From: Acidimicrobiaceae bacterium
Lineage (GTDB): Bacteria; Actinomycetota; Acidimicrobiia; Acidimicrobiales; Ilumatobacteraceae
Direction of reading: 5' to 3'
NCBI GenBank assembly: GCA_031377945.1
Contig: JANMFL010000194.1
Coordinates: forward strand, 1-41,697
Length of the DNA: 41,697 bases
Part shown: positions 1 through 7,908 of the stretch, in pieces
How positions within the stretch are numbered: position 1 is the first letter of the stretch
How the letters are laid out: each line of letters begins with the position of its first letter
Notes under the pieces: model-generated
Seen by the model: only the letters and a program-made list of their open reading frames with translations
Database searches by the model: none
Told to the model about the DNA's origin: nothing
Position numbers and translations under genes: made by a program

Positions 1-1119
1 CCCGACGGCCAGCCACGGACCTGCCCGACGGGGCAGTGGGATGCTCGCCAGGGCCTGCGCGCCGAAGTACAGCCCGAAGGGTGTGATGGCCATGAGGTAT
101 CGCAGCGACGGGTTCGGCGCAGAACCGATGATGACCAGGGAGGCGAGCGGGAACACGACCCACGCGATGTCGGCTCGCGGTGCCCGCCACAGGCGTACGG
201 CCATGCCGGCGGCGACGAGCACGATGAGTGCCGCGAACCAGAAGCCGTGCAGCGGCGGCAGCCCCAGTTGGTCGGTGAAGGTGCGTTCGTACGGGCCCGA
301 CACCTTCTCCCACACGGTGCCAAGACCACCCCGGTCGTAATCCGGTGCGAGCGCGCTGGGCAGCAGCAGCTGGAAGCCGACGACACCCACCGCGAACGTG
401 ATGTACGGGGTGAGGGCGTGCCGCCAGTCCACCGTGCGCCATCGGCCGCGAAGCTCGATGGCCTGCAACGCCAGGATCGCAGGGACGATCGCCAGGCCTT
501 CGCGGCGGATGTTGAACAGCATCACCGCGCACAGGCCGAGGACGATGAGGTGGCGACGCGACGCGAGGTCGAGGTGACCCGCAGCGCGGCACTTGTCGAG
601 CCACCGCAGCGTGAGGGCGATGGCGAACAGGTACGGGAACTCACTGAGCAGGTGGTCGGTGTGGACGATGTACGCCACCGTGGTGCCCATCGATGCGATC
701 ACGGCGAGGGCGACCCAACGCTGGGCCCGGACACGGATGAGCTCGTGGAAGCACCACAGGAAGCCGCAGAACAGGGCGACCTCGATGAACTTCAGCCGCT
801 CGTAATCGATGCCGACCAGACGGATGAACGGAGCGAGGAGCAGCGGGAAGACCCACGGGTAGACGTACGGGCTGAACGCGGTCGGCGAGTTGTCGACGGC
901 GAACGTGTTGTCGCTGATGATCTGGCCGATGTTCCCGTTCAGCAGGCTCTGCGACTGGCGGATGTAGAGCGCGAAGTCGTCGCCCCAGGCGTGGCCACGG
1001 TGCAGCTGTCGTGCGCAGATGACGAACACCGCGACGAGGACGACGAGCGTGGCGCCGTGGCGACGTCCGAATTCGATGGCCCTGTCTCGTGCGGCGTGCA
1101 GCCCTTCGCGTGCGATCAC
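1..1119 (-). CDS. Polytopic membrane protein, GT-C-like (ArnT/PMT-type) glycosyltransferase candidate; partial, C-terminus runs off the window start
   Basis: It is absent from the ORF track because it has no stop codon inside the window. My hand translation of the minus strand (codon register 1078-1080) is open from 1119 to 1. It reads VIAREGLHAARDRAIEFGRRHGATLVVLVAVFVICARQLHRGHAWGDDFALYIRQSQSLLNGNIGQIISDNTFAVDNSPTAFSPYVYPWVFPLLLAPFIRLVGIDYERLKF ... AQALASIPLPRRAGPWLAVG. It has many hydrophobic helices and an acidic GDD loop after TM1. The plus ORF 247..1368 over this span is an Asp/Glu/Arg-rich antisense shadow. The GTG start at 1119 is a guess. Confidence 0.55.
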   Translation of the reverse strand, partial: MIAREGLHAARDRAIEFGRRHGATLVVLVAVFVICARQLHRGHAWGDDFALYIRQSQSLLNGNIGQIISDNTFAVDNSPTAFSPYVYPWVFPLLLAPFIRLVGIDYERLKFIEVALFCGFLWCFHELIRVRAQRWVALAVIASMGTTVAYIVHTDHLLSEFPYLFAIALTLRWLDKCRAAGHLDLASRRHLIVLGLCAVMLFNIRREGLAIVPAILALQAIELRGRWRTVDWRHALTPYITFAVGVVGFQLLLPSALAPDYDRGGLGTVWEKVSGPYERTFTDQLGLPPLHGFWFAALIVLVAAGMAVRLWRAPRADIAWVVFPLASLVIIGSAPNPSLRYLMAITPFGLYFGAQALASIPLPRRAGPWLAVG

Positions 1120-1140
1120 GGTGGAGATTATGGTGCCCCC

Positions 1141-1368
1141 ATGTCGCTCCAGCCGCTTTCGCCCGACGAACTGCTGTCCACCACCCGTGCGGTGCGCAAG
1201 CGACTCGACTTCGATCGGCCCGTGCCCGACGACCTGATTCGCGAATGCATGGCACTCGCGATGCAGTCGCCGAGCGGTTCGAACGACTCGTCGATGCAGT
1301 TCGTGGTCGTTCGTGACGCGGCCAAGAAGGCCGACGCCGACACCATCATCCATTGGGACCAGTGGTGA
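1141..1368 (+). pseudogene. 5' remnant of a nitroreductase-family gene (about 75 codons only)
   Basis: From ATG 1141 the tail of ORF 247..1368 reads MSLQPLSPDELLSTTRAVRKRLDFDRPVPDDLIRECMALAMQSPSGSNDSSMQFVVVRDAAKKA. This is the typical N-terminal third of a nitroreductase (R-x-F/L-x-x-x-PV, APSG-N, FVVV). It then diverges (DADTIIHWDQW) and stops at 1366-1368. No continuation in any frame is visible, because the next 660 nt encode a methyltransferase. Confidence 0.5.
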
Positions 1369-2012
1369 GCCTCACGCCCGAACTGCGCACACACGCGCTG
1401 GCGGCCAAGGGGTTCATGCCGCCCGACGAAGGCGACGCCCTGTACGACGCGGCGGTCGCCGCTGGAGGGGCGGTTCCCGACCTGCCGTTCCTGGAGGTCG
1501 GCTCGTACTGCGGCCGGTCGACGGTGTGGCTCGGTGCTGCGGCGCGTGCCTGCGGCACGGTGCTGTTCGCCGTCGACCACCATCGCGGGAGCGAGGAGAA
1601 CCAGGCGGGTTGGGAACACCACGACACATCGTTGGTCGACGCTCGCATCGGGAAGATGGACACGCTGCCCTTCTTCCGGGTCACCATCCACGATGCCGGG
1701 CTGGAGGACGTCGTGTTCGCCGTCGTCGGTCAGTCGGCGCAGGTGGCGAAGGCGATGGCCACGCCGTTGGCGTTCCTGTTCATCGATGGCGGTCACGGCG
1801 ACGAGCCCGCCCGACTGGACTACGAGCGGTGGGTACCGCACGTGGTGGTCGGCGGCACGCTGGCCATCCACGACGTGTTCCCCGACCCGGCCGACGGGGG
1901 CCGACCGCCCTACGAGCAGATCTTCGCTCCCGCACTCGAGAGCGGTCGCTTCCGCCTGCTCAGCGCCACCGGCAGCCTGCGCGTCCTCCAACGCGTCGAT
2001 CGCCCCGCCTGA
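1353..2012 (+). CDS. Class I SAM-dependent methyltransferase (Methyltransf_24 / O-methyltransferase-like)
   Basis: The 219-aa ORF carries LEVGSYCGRSTVWLG (motif I), FAVDHHRGSEE, FLFIDGGHGDEPARLDYERW and GGTLAIHDVF. The track start at 1353 is TTG. In-frame GTG codons at 1362 and 1365 are alternatives. GTG 1365 overlaps the remnant's TGA as GTGA. Confidence 0.85.
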   Translation: MGPVVSLTPELRTHALAAKGFMPPDEGDALYDAAVAAGGAVPDLPFLEVGSYCGRSTVWLGAAARACGTVLFAVDHHRGSEENQAGWEHHDTSLVDARIGKMDTLPFFRVTIHDAGLEDVVFAVVGQSAQVAKAMATPLAFLFIDGGHGDEPARLDYERWVPHVVVGGTLAIHDVFPDPADGGRPPYEQIFAPALESGRFRLLSATGSLRVLQRVDRPA

Positions 2013-2014
2013 TT

Positions 2015-2042
2015 CCGCGCGAACTTAAGTTCCTGGTGAACG
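2015..2042 (+). repeat. Copy of a dispersed 26-28-bp intergenic repeat containing the palindrome GAACTTAAGTTC
   Basis: ccgcgcgaacttaagttcctggtgaacg is identical over 28 nt to 40871..40898. It starts 3 nt after the TGA of the plus-strand methyltransferase and lies between convergent genes. The stop of the minus-strand gene is at 2053. Confidence 0.85.
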
Positions 2043-2052
2043 CGGAGCGAAC

Positions 2053-3120
2053 TCAGGGGCGGGTGAAGAGGCGGCCGGTGGGGGTGTCGAGGAACGCAGC
2101 GAGGGGGATGTGCTCCTGGCGGAGGAAGCCCTGCTGCGGCAGCGTTCCCTGGCGCACCAACTCGATGACCGACGCCACCGACCCGGCGGTCGTCCAGGCG
2201 ATCGCCGTGCGCCGCAGGCCGGCGACCTCGATGGGGCGAAAGGCGCGCACGTACTCCATGCGCCGCAACTGACCGTGCACACTGCCCTCGGAGGCGACAT
2301 GGATGTACACGACGTCGTCGTCGACGGGTGGTTTGGCGTGGGTGAGGATCTCGCCCGCCAGCTCGCGTCGCTCACGCATGAGGAGTTCGTGGAAGAAGAA
2401 GTTCATCAGGTCCATGTGGCCCGGGTACCGAATGGTCTTGTAGTCGATGTTGCGGACCGAGCCGTGGTACGTCTCGCACATCGTGCCCAGCCCACCCGAT
2501 GTCGTGAACGCCTCGAGCTGGCGCCCGTCGATGATGAGCGTCTCCTTCCACTCCATCGACGAGACGGTCTTGCGAACGCCGTCCTCGATGACCTCGGCAT
2601 CGTTCAGGTACTCGTTCACCACGCCTTCGGGTGACCAGTTGAACGCGTAGCCGAGCAGTCCGGTGGGGTGCTGGGGGAGGGCGCCGACGCGGAGCCGAAT
2701 GGAACGGCACTCGTCGAACTGGGCGATCTGCGAGGCGGCGACGATGCCGACGAACCCTGGGGCCAGGCCGCACTGCGGGGCCATGATGCCCTTCGAGGTG
2801 TCGCTCATCTGAATGATGGCCTTCGTGGTGGGCACGTCCTCGGTGAGGTCGAAGTAGTGTAACCCCAGCCCGTGGGCGACCTCGGCCAGCCCCAGGTTCA
2901 GGTGGTACGGCAGACAACTCAGCACCGCCTGCGCCGAACCGATGCCGCGCTCCACTTCGTCGGCCGACCCCATGTCGGCGATGCGTGTGGGGAAGGGTTG
3001 TTGCACTCGCGGTGGTCGGGCATCGATGCCGACGACCTGGAAGCCGGCGTCGTGCAACAGGGTCGCGGCCAGCAGACCCACCTTGCCGAGGCCGAGGACG
3101 GCCACTCGTTCGAAGGACAT
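2053..3120 (-). CDS. Saccharopine dehydrogenase-family enzyme, L-lysine 6-dehydrogenase-like
   Basis: The ORF is 2053..3135. ATG 3120 gives MSFERVAVLGLGKVGLL, a Rossmann GxGxxG at the N-terminus. LEAFTTSGGLGTM and YKTIRYPGH match my recollection of the Geobacillus LysDH motifs (LEAFHTSGG, YKTIRYRGH). It lies 69 nt downstream of the ALDH7-type gene on the same strand. Confidence 0.8.
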   Translation of the reverse strand: MSFERVAVLGLGKVGLLAATLLHDAGFQVVGIDARPPRVQQPFPTRIADMGSADEVERGIGSAQAVLSCLPYHLNLGLAEVAHGLGLHYFDLTEDVPTTKAIIQMSDTSKGIMAPQCGLAPGFVGIVAASQIAQFDECRSIRLRVGALPQHPTGLLGYAFNWSPEGVVNEYLNDAEVIEDGVRKTVSSMEWKETLIIDGRQLEAFTTSGGLGTMCETYHGSVRNIDYKTIRYPGHMDLMNFFFHELLMRERRELAGEILTHAKPPVDDDVVYIHVASEGSVHGQLRRMEYVRAFRPIEVAGLRRTAIAWTTAGSVASVIELVRQGTLPQQGFLRQEHIPLAAFLDTPTGRLFTRP

Positions 3121-3189
3121 GCCCCATTGTGGCACGTTCGTTCCAGGCGTCCGACAGAGGCGAACGTCTGTTCCGTGCGGGTGAGGCGT

Positions 3190-4704
3190 CTAGCCGAACT
3201 CGACGCCCTGAGCGAGCGGCAACGCGTTCGAGAAGTTCACCGTGTTCGTGGCCCGGCGCATGTAGCCCTTCCACGCATCGCTGCCGCTCTCGCGTCCGCC
3301 GCCGGTGGTCTTCTCGCCGCCGAACGCCCCGCCGATCTCGGCGCCACTGGGTCCGATGTTCACGTTGGCGATGCCGCAATCACTGCCCGCTGCACCCATG
3401 AACGCCTCGGCCTCGCGAAGATCGGTGGTGAAGATGCTGCTGGCCAGGCCCTGGGTGACGCCGTTCTGCAGCGCCACGGCCTCGTCGAACGAGTCGTACG
3501 TGAGCACGTAGAGGATGGGCGCGAACGTCTCCTCGGCGACGATGGCGGTCTGCGCCGGCATGGTGACCAGCGCAGGGTGCACGTAGGCGGCGTCGGGTGC
3601 CTCGTCGGCGAGTTCGCGGGTGCCGCCGACCGCCACGGCGCCACCATCGGCCTGTGCGGTGCCGATGGCTGCCTGCATGCGTTCGAACGCCGACATGGTG
3701 ACGAGTGGCCCGACCAGCGTGCCCTTCTCGAGCGGACTGCCGACCGGCAGGCTGGCGTAGGCGGTGGACAGCCGGCCGAGCACCTCGTCGAGACGTGAGC
3801 GATGGGTGATGAGCCGACGAAGGCTGGTGCAGCGCTGGCCCGCTGTGCCTGCCGCGGCGAACGTGACGCCGCGCACCACCAGCTCGATGTCGGCGCTGGG
3901 TGCGACGATGGCAGCGTTGTTGCCGCCGAGCTCGAGGATGCTGCGGCCGAAGCGAGCAGCGACGACCGGGCCGACCTTGCGGCCCATCGCCGTGGACCCG
4001 GTCGCGCTGACGATGGCCACCCCCTCGTGGGCCACGAGGGCGGCACCGGCCACGCCGTCGCCGAGCAGCACCTGGTTGAGGTGTGCGGGCACCTCCATGC
4101 CCGCCGCGGCGCGCTCGAACAGCGCGTGCGTGGCGAGCGCGGTGAGCGGCGTGAGCTCGCTCGGCTTCCAGATGACAGGGTTGCCGCACACCAGCGCCAG
4201 GGCGGCGTTCCAGCTCCACACCGCGACAGGGAAGTTGAATGCCGTGATGACGGCCGTCGGGCCCATCGGGTGCCACTGCTCCATCAACCGGTGCCCCGGC
4301 CGTTCGCTGGCGATGGTGAGGCCGTGCAGCTGTCGCGAGAGGCCGACGGCGAAGTCGCAGATGTCGATCATCTCCTGCACCTCGCCGAGTGCCTCGCTCT
4401 CGATCTTGCCGGCCTCGAGCTGCACGATGCGGGCGAGGTCGGCCTTGTGCAGTCGGAGCTGCTCGCCGAGACGACGGACCAGCTCGCCTCGCAACGGCGC
4501 CGGCGTGGTGCGCCAGATGGCGGAGGCGCCCGTCGCCTGCGCAACGGCGGTGTCGACGTCGACCGTCGCGGCGATGCCGCCGAGCGTCGCGCCGGTGATG
4601 GGCGTGCGGGCCACGTGCGGGCCGTTGCCGAGCGGCGCAGCTCCGCAAGCGGCGAGGGCGTGGTTGGCGAGCGCAGTGAGGTCGGCGGCGGTCGGAAAGG
4701 TCAT
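3190..4704 (-). CDS. ALDH7-type aldehyde dehydrogenase (piperideine-6-carboxylate / alpha-aminoadipic semialdehyde dehydrogenase)
   Basis: This is the C-terminal 504 codons of the 833-aa ORF 3190..5691. ATG 4704 gives MTFPTAADL. Motifs are EAGKIESEALGEVQEMIDICDFAVGLSRQL (the ALDH7 signature), ELGGNNA (catalytic Glu) and GTAGQRCTSLRR (catalytic Cys). The upstream part of the long ORF is Arg/Pro-rich junk antisense to the next gene. Confidence 0.9.
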   Translation of the reverse strand: MTFPTAADLTALANHALAACGAAPLGNGPHVARTPITGATLGGIAATVDVDTAVAQATGASAIWRTTPAPLRGELVRRLGEQLRLHKADLARIVQLEAGKIESEALGEVQEMIDICDFAVGLSRQLHGLTIASERPGHRLMEQWHPMGPTAVITAFNFPVAVWSWNAALALVCGNPVIWKPSELTPLTALATHALFERAAAGMEVPAHLNQVLLGDGVAGAALVAHEGVAIVSATGSTAMGRKVGPVVAARFGRSILELGGNNAAIVAPSADIELVVRGVTFAAAGTAGQRCTSLRRLITHRSRLDEVLGRLSTAYASLPVGSPLEKGTLVGPLVTMSAFERMQAAIGTAQADGGAVAVGGTRELADEAPDAAYVHPALVTMPAQTAIVAEETFAPILYVLTYDSFDEAVALQNGVTQGLASSIFTTDLREAEAFMGAAGSDCGIANVNIGPSGAEIGGAFGGEKTTGGGRESGSDAWKGYMRRATNTVNFSNALPLAQGVEFG

Positions 4705-4746
4705 GCCGTCATGCTGCCACGCCCGGAGTGTTCGCACCGCAGACGG

Positions 4747-4780
4747 CTGTACGGGGCCCGGTACGGGGCCCGTACAGGGG
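4747..4780. repeat. GC-rich tandem/palindromic element (GTACGGGGCCCG x2 plus a partial copy)
   Basis: The sequence is ctGTACGGGGCCCGGTACGGGGCCCGTACAGggg. Two 12-bp units sit at 4749-4760 and 4761-4772. GTACGGGgCCCGTAC is a near-perfect palindrome and the outer arms are CTGTACG/CGTACAG. It sits in the 89-nt gap between the stop at 4794 and the ALDH start at 4704. Confidence 0.7.
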
Positions 4781-4793
4781 TGCGGGCTGGGTG

Positions 4794-5819
4794 TCAGTCG
4801 GTGAGGCGGGGGACGAACACGTTGCTCGCCGCGCTGGCACCGGTGATGGCGTCGGCGGCAAGGATGACAGCGGCGCCCGTGTAGGCGCTCGTCTCGGCCG
4901 GCGGGAAGCTCTCGAGCGTGGGGTACACCAGGCCGGTCAGGTAGGCGCCGTCGTCGCGACGGTGCGGGCGGGTCCAGGCGAGCAGGTCGGTCGCGGTGAC
5001 CGTGTCGCCGATGACGGCGTGAGCGATGCTCGCTTCTGCGGTCTCGCTGGCGGTGACCCACGGCTCGTCGCTGACGCAGCGGATGCCCTTGCCCTCCATC
5101 GCGAACGTCGACCAACTTTCGGCCAGTCGCGCTTTGGCCGCTTCGCCCGTGAGGCACGACGTGAGCACCGGGTAGTACCAGTCCATCGCCCAGCGTTCCT
5201 TGGGTTCGAACGCATCGGGCTGCGTGGCCACCACATGGGCGAGCACATCGCCGGCCTCGACCCAGTCGGGTCGCGGCTCGTTGATCAGCTCGGCCAGGTG
5301 CGCACCGCAGTGCAGCGCGTGAGCGATGCTCGACGAACCGGTGAGCAACGCGTAGTCCCACGGGGCGTCGTCGGCGTTGCGAGCCCACAACGGCGTACCG
5401 TTCGGCTTGCGCATGCTCAGCACCCAGTCGAGGGAACGCTGCACCGTGGGCCACAGGTGGTCCACGAAACCACGGTCCCAGGTGCACAGCCAGTGGTGCC
5501 AGACGCCGGTGGCGATGTACGCGCACACGTTGGTGTCGAGCTTGGCCTCTTCCACCGAGCCGTCGGGCAGGTAGTAGTTCCACCGACTGCCGTTCTCGAG
5601 CTGGATGTCGACCAGCCATTCGTAGGCGCGTTCGGCCGGCTCGTGCAGGCCGGCGACGTCGAGCGCCATGGCCGTCTCGACGTGGTTCCACGGATCGCAG
5701 TGGCCGCCCGGGAACCAGGGAATCATGCCGGTGTCGAGCTGCAACGCAGCGATGGACTCAGCGGTCTGGACCACCTCGTCGGCCGAGAGCACACCCTCGA
5801 TCTCGGGGACGCGACTCAT
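4794..5819 (-). CDS. Prenyltransferase / squalene-cyclase-fold (alpha-alpha toroid) protein of unknown substrate
   Basis: ATG 5819 gives MSRVPEIEGVLSADEVVQTAESIAALQLDTGMIPWFPGGHCDPWNHVETAMAL. The sequence has repeated Trp/Asp-rich helical-hairpin motifs (NGSRWNYY, WDYALLTGSSSIAHAL, DDGAYLTGL). The start overlaps the upstream methyltransferase stop as ATGA (5816-5819). The fold assignment is by eye only. Confidence 0.75.
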   Translation of the reverse strand: MSRVPEIEGVLSADEVVQTAESIAALQLDTGMIPWFPGGHCDPWNHVETAMALDVAGLHEPAERAYEWLVDIQLENGSRWNYYLPDGSVEEAKLDTNVCAYIATGVWHHWLCTWDRGFVDHLWPTVQRSLDWVLSMRKPNGTPLWARNADDAPWDYALLTGSSSIAHALHCGAHLAELINEPRPDWVEAGDVLAHVVATQPDAFEPKERWAMDWYYPVLTSCLTGEAAKARLAESWSTFAMEGKGIRCVSDEPWVTASETAEASIAHAVIGDTVTATDLLAWTRPHRRDDGAYLTGLVYPTLESFPPAETSAYTGAAVILAADAITGASAASNVFVPRLTD

Positions 5820-6532
5820 CGCTTCACTCCGTAGACGATGAAGCTCTTGCCCATCACGGGCGCGAGCAGCTTCTCGATGACCTTCATCGACCCTGGCTGC
5901 TCGGTGATCTCCCACTCGAGCATCTCGCGGTACTTCACGACGGCAGGGTGGTCGTCGTTGCGTGGGCCGACGGCGCACTTCAGCCACCAGTACGGCGAGT
6001 GCAGCGCATGGGCGTGATGACTGCAGAGGACCTGCAGGCCTGCGGTGCGCAGCTTGGCCTTCAGCTCGGTCGCCGAGTAGATGCGCACATGGCCCCCCAC
6101 CGACTTCGGCGCGTGGTACTCGTCGCTGAGCAACCAGTTGATCTTCTCGGGGTACCACGTGGGTACGGTGCACGCGAACGTGCCGCCCGGGCGGAGCACA
6201 CGGACCAGTTCGCCGATGGCGGCAACGTCGTCCTGGATGTGCTCGAGCACCTCGCTGGTGATGACGCGGTCGAACGAACCGTCGTCGAACGGCAGGCGCG
6301 TGGCGTCGCCCTGCAGGGCACCCACGTAGCGGGCCTCGTCGATCTCACCGGCCTCGACCATCGCGCCGAACGTGCCTCGCGTGGTGACGACCTCGTCGGC
6401 CATGTAGTCGAGGGCCACGACGTTCGCCCCGAGACGAGCGAGCTCGAACGCGTGACGGCCGAACCCGGCACCCGCGTCGAGCACGAGGTCGCCCGGGCGT
6501 ACGCCCAGCTCGTCGAATCGAATGGTCAGCAA
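5816..6532 (-). CDS. Class I SAM-dependent methyltransferase (Methyltransf_11-like)
   Basis: The 238-aa ORF carries VLDAGAGFGRHAFELARLG (motif I), DGSFDRVITSEVLEH and LRPGGTF. The start codon is TTG (plus strand caa at 6530-6532). It lies 3 nt after the GT4 stop at 6536. Confidence 0.9.
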   Translation of the reverse strand: MLTIRFDELGVRPGDLVLDAGAGFGRHAFELARLGANVVALDYMADEVVTTRGTFGAMVEAGEIDEARYVGALQGDATRLPFDDGSFDRVITSEVLEHIQDDVAAIGELVRVLRPGGTFACTVPTWYPEKINWLLSDEYHAPKSVGGHVRIYSATELKAKLRTAGLQVLCSHHAHALHSPYWWLKCAVGPRNDDHPAVVKYREMLEWEITEQPGSMKVIEKLLAPVMGKSFIVYGVKR

Positions 6533-6535
6533 GGC

Positions 6536-7849
6536 TCAGATCCGGCCGTTCTTGCGCAGCTTCGCGACGTTGGCCGGCATGGCCAGGACCTCGCGGTACT
6601 GGTCGACCGTCAGCTGGGCGCAGTGCTTCCAGCTCCAGCGCTCGACCACCCGTTGGCGGCCCGCGGCGCCGATGCGCAGGCGCAAGTCGGTATCGTCGAG
6701 CCCGCGACGGATCGCGGTCGTGAGTCCCTCGACGTCGCCGGCCTTGCACTGCAGCACGGTGTCGCCATCGCGGCCGGTGACCTCGGGGAGTGCGCCGCCG
6801 TCGGTGGCCACCAGGCAGATCCCTGTGCTCATCGCCTCGATGGCCGGAAGGCTGAACCCCTCGTAGAGGCTGGGGACGACCGCCAGTTCGGCCTCGGCGT
6901 ACAGCTCGACGATGCGCTCGTCGCTGACGCCCGAGACGAACTCGATGTGCGGTCGCAGACCGAGCTTGTCGATGAGGTCGTTGCTCGCGCCTTCGCGGGG
7001 CTTGCCGATGATGGTGAGCGTGACGTCGCGTTCGGTGCGCAGCTTGGCCATCGCCTCGAGCAGATAGCTGAGCCCCTTCAACGCGACGTCGGCCGACGCG
7101 GTGGTGATGAGGCGGCCCGGGCGGCGCTGCACGTGCGGCATCGGCAGGAACAACTCGGGGTCGACGCCGACGGGCACGAGGCGCATGCGGTCGAGGCTGA
7201 CGCCCATGTCGGCGTGGATGTCCTTGATGCTGTTCTCGCTGACGACCACGACGCGCGGCATGCGACTGGCGACGCGTCCCTGCATCTTCACGAAGCCGTA
7301 CCAGCGGCCGATGCTGCGCTTCTTGCTCTTCTTGGTCTGGTGTTCCATCTCGAGCGCACGGTCCCGGGTGATGGGGTGGTGCAGGGTGACGATGGTGGGC
7401 AGGATCTTCTCGATGCCGAGGATGCCGTAGCCGAGACACTGGTTGTCGTGCACCAGGTCGAACTCGCGCTGGCGTTGCTTCAGCACATCGAGGACGCGGA
7501 CGCTGAAGCCGAGCGGTTCGCCGAACGTGCCCTTGAGGTGCGACAGGGTCTCGATGAGGTCGCCCTTCGACTTCACTTCCCAGTAGGCGGGGAAGCGGCC
7601 GGGGTAGTGCTCGTTCCACAGGTCCAGGCTGGGCAACTTGTGCAGTGTGATGCGCTCGTCGAGCACCGGGTACGGCTGTCCGCTGAACACTTCGACGGTG
7701 TGGCCGAGGTCGACCAGTGCCTTCGTGAGGTGGCGGGTGTACACGCCCTGGCCGCCGACGTGCGGCTTGCCTCGGTACGTGAGATAGGCGAGCTTGAGCG
7801 GCGCGTCGGGGTCGAGGCCCTTCGCGCCAGCCGGGATGACGGCAGACAT
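6536..7849 (-). CDS. GT4-family glycosyltransferase
   Basis: ATG 7849 gives MSAVIPAGAKGLDPDAPLKLAYLTYRGKPHVGGQGVYTRHL. The C-terminal half has the E-x7-E region PSLYEGFSLPAIEAMSTG. The longer 534-aa ORF N-terminus is Arg-rich and overlaps the next gene. Confidence 0.9.
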   Translation of the reverse strand: MSAVIPAGAKGLDPDAPLKLAYLTYRGKPHVGGQGVYTRHLTKALVDLGHTVEVFSGQPYPVLDERITLHKLPSLDLWNEHYPGRFPAYWEVKSKGDLIETLSHLKGTFGEPLGFSVRVLDVLKQRQREFDLVHDNQCLGYGILGIEKILPTIVTLHHPITRDRALEMEHQTKKSKKRSIGRWYGFVKMQGRVASRMPRVVVVSENSIKDIHADMGVSLDRMRLVPVGVDPELFLPMPHVQRRPGRLITTASADVALKGLSYLLEAMAKLRTERDVTLTIIGKPREGASNDLIDKLGLRPHIEFVSGVSDERIVELYAEAELAVVPSLYEGFSLPAIEAMSTGICLVATDGGALPEVTGRDGDTVLQCKAGDVEGLTTAIRRGLDDTDLRLRIGAAGRQRVVERWSWKHCAQLTVDQYREVLAMPANVAKLRKNGRI

Positions 7850-7908
7850 GGCGGGCAACGCTACCGGCGAGTGGTTACCGGTGGGGAAGGCGGCCGAAGA
7901 AGTGCAGG

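Noticed and set aside
247-1140. A long plus-strand ORF (first ~300 codons of 247..1368), plus the ORFs 641..1255 (-) and 593..805 (+), could be read as genes.
   Set aside because: Their translations are Asp/Glu/Arg- or Arg/Pro-rich with no motifs, the usual shadow frames of a GC-rich gene. The third minus-strand frame gives a coherent polytopic membrane protein instead.
3190-5691. An 833-aa ORF could be read as a single fusion protein.
   Set aside because: Only the last 504 codons (from ATG 4704) look like protein (ALDH7). The upstream 329 codons are Arg/Pro/His-rich and antisense to the real prenyltransferase-like gene. The same logic applies to 6536..8140, 17006..19474, 18355..20418, 25589..28102, 26473..28332 and 30663..34742.
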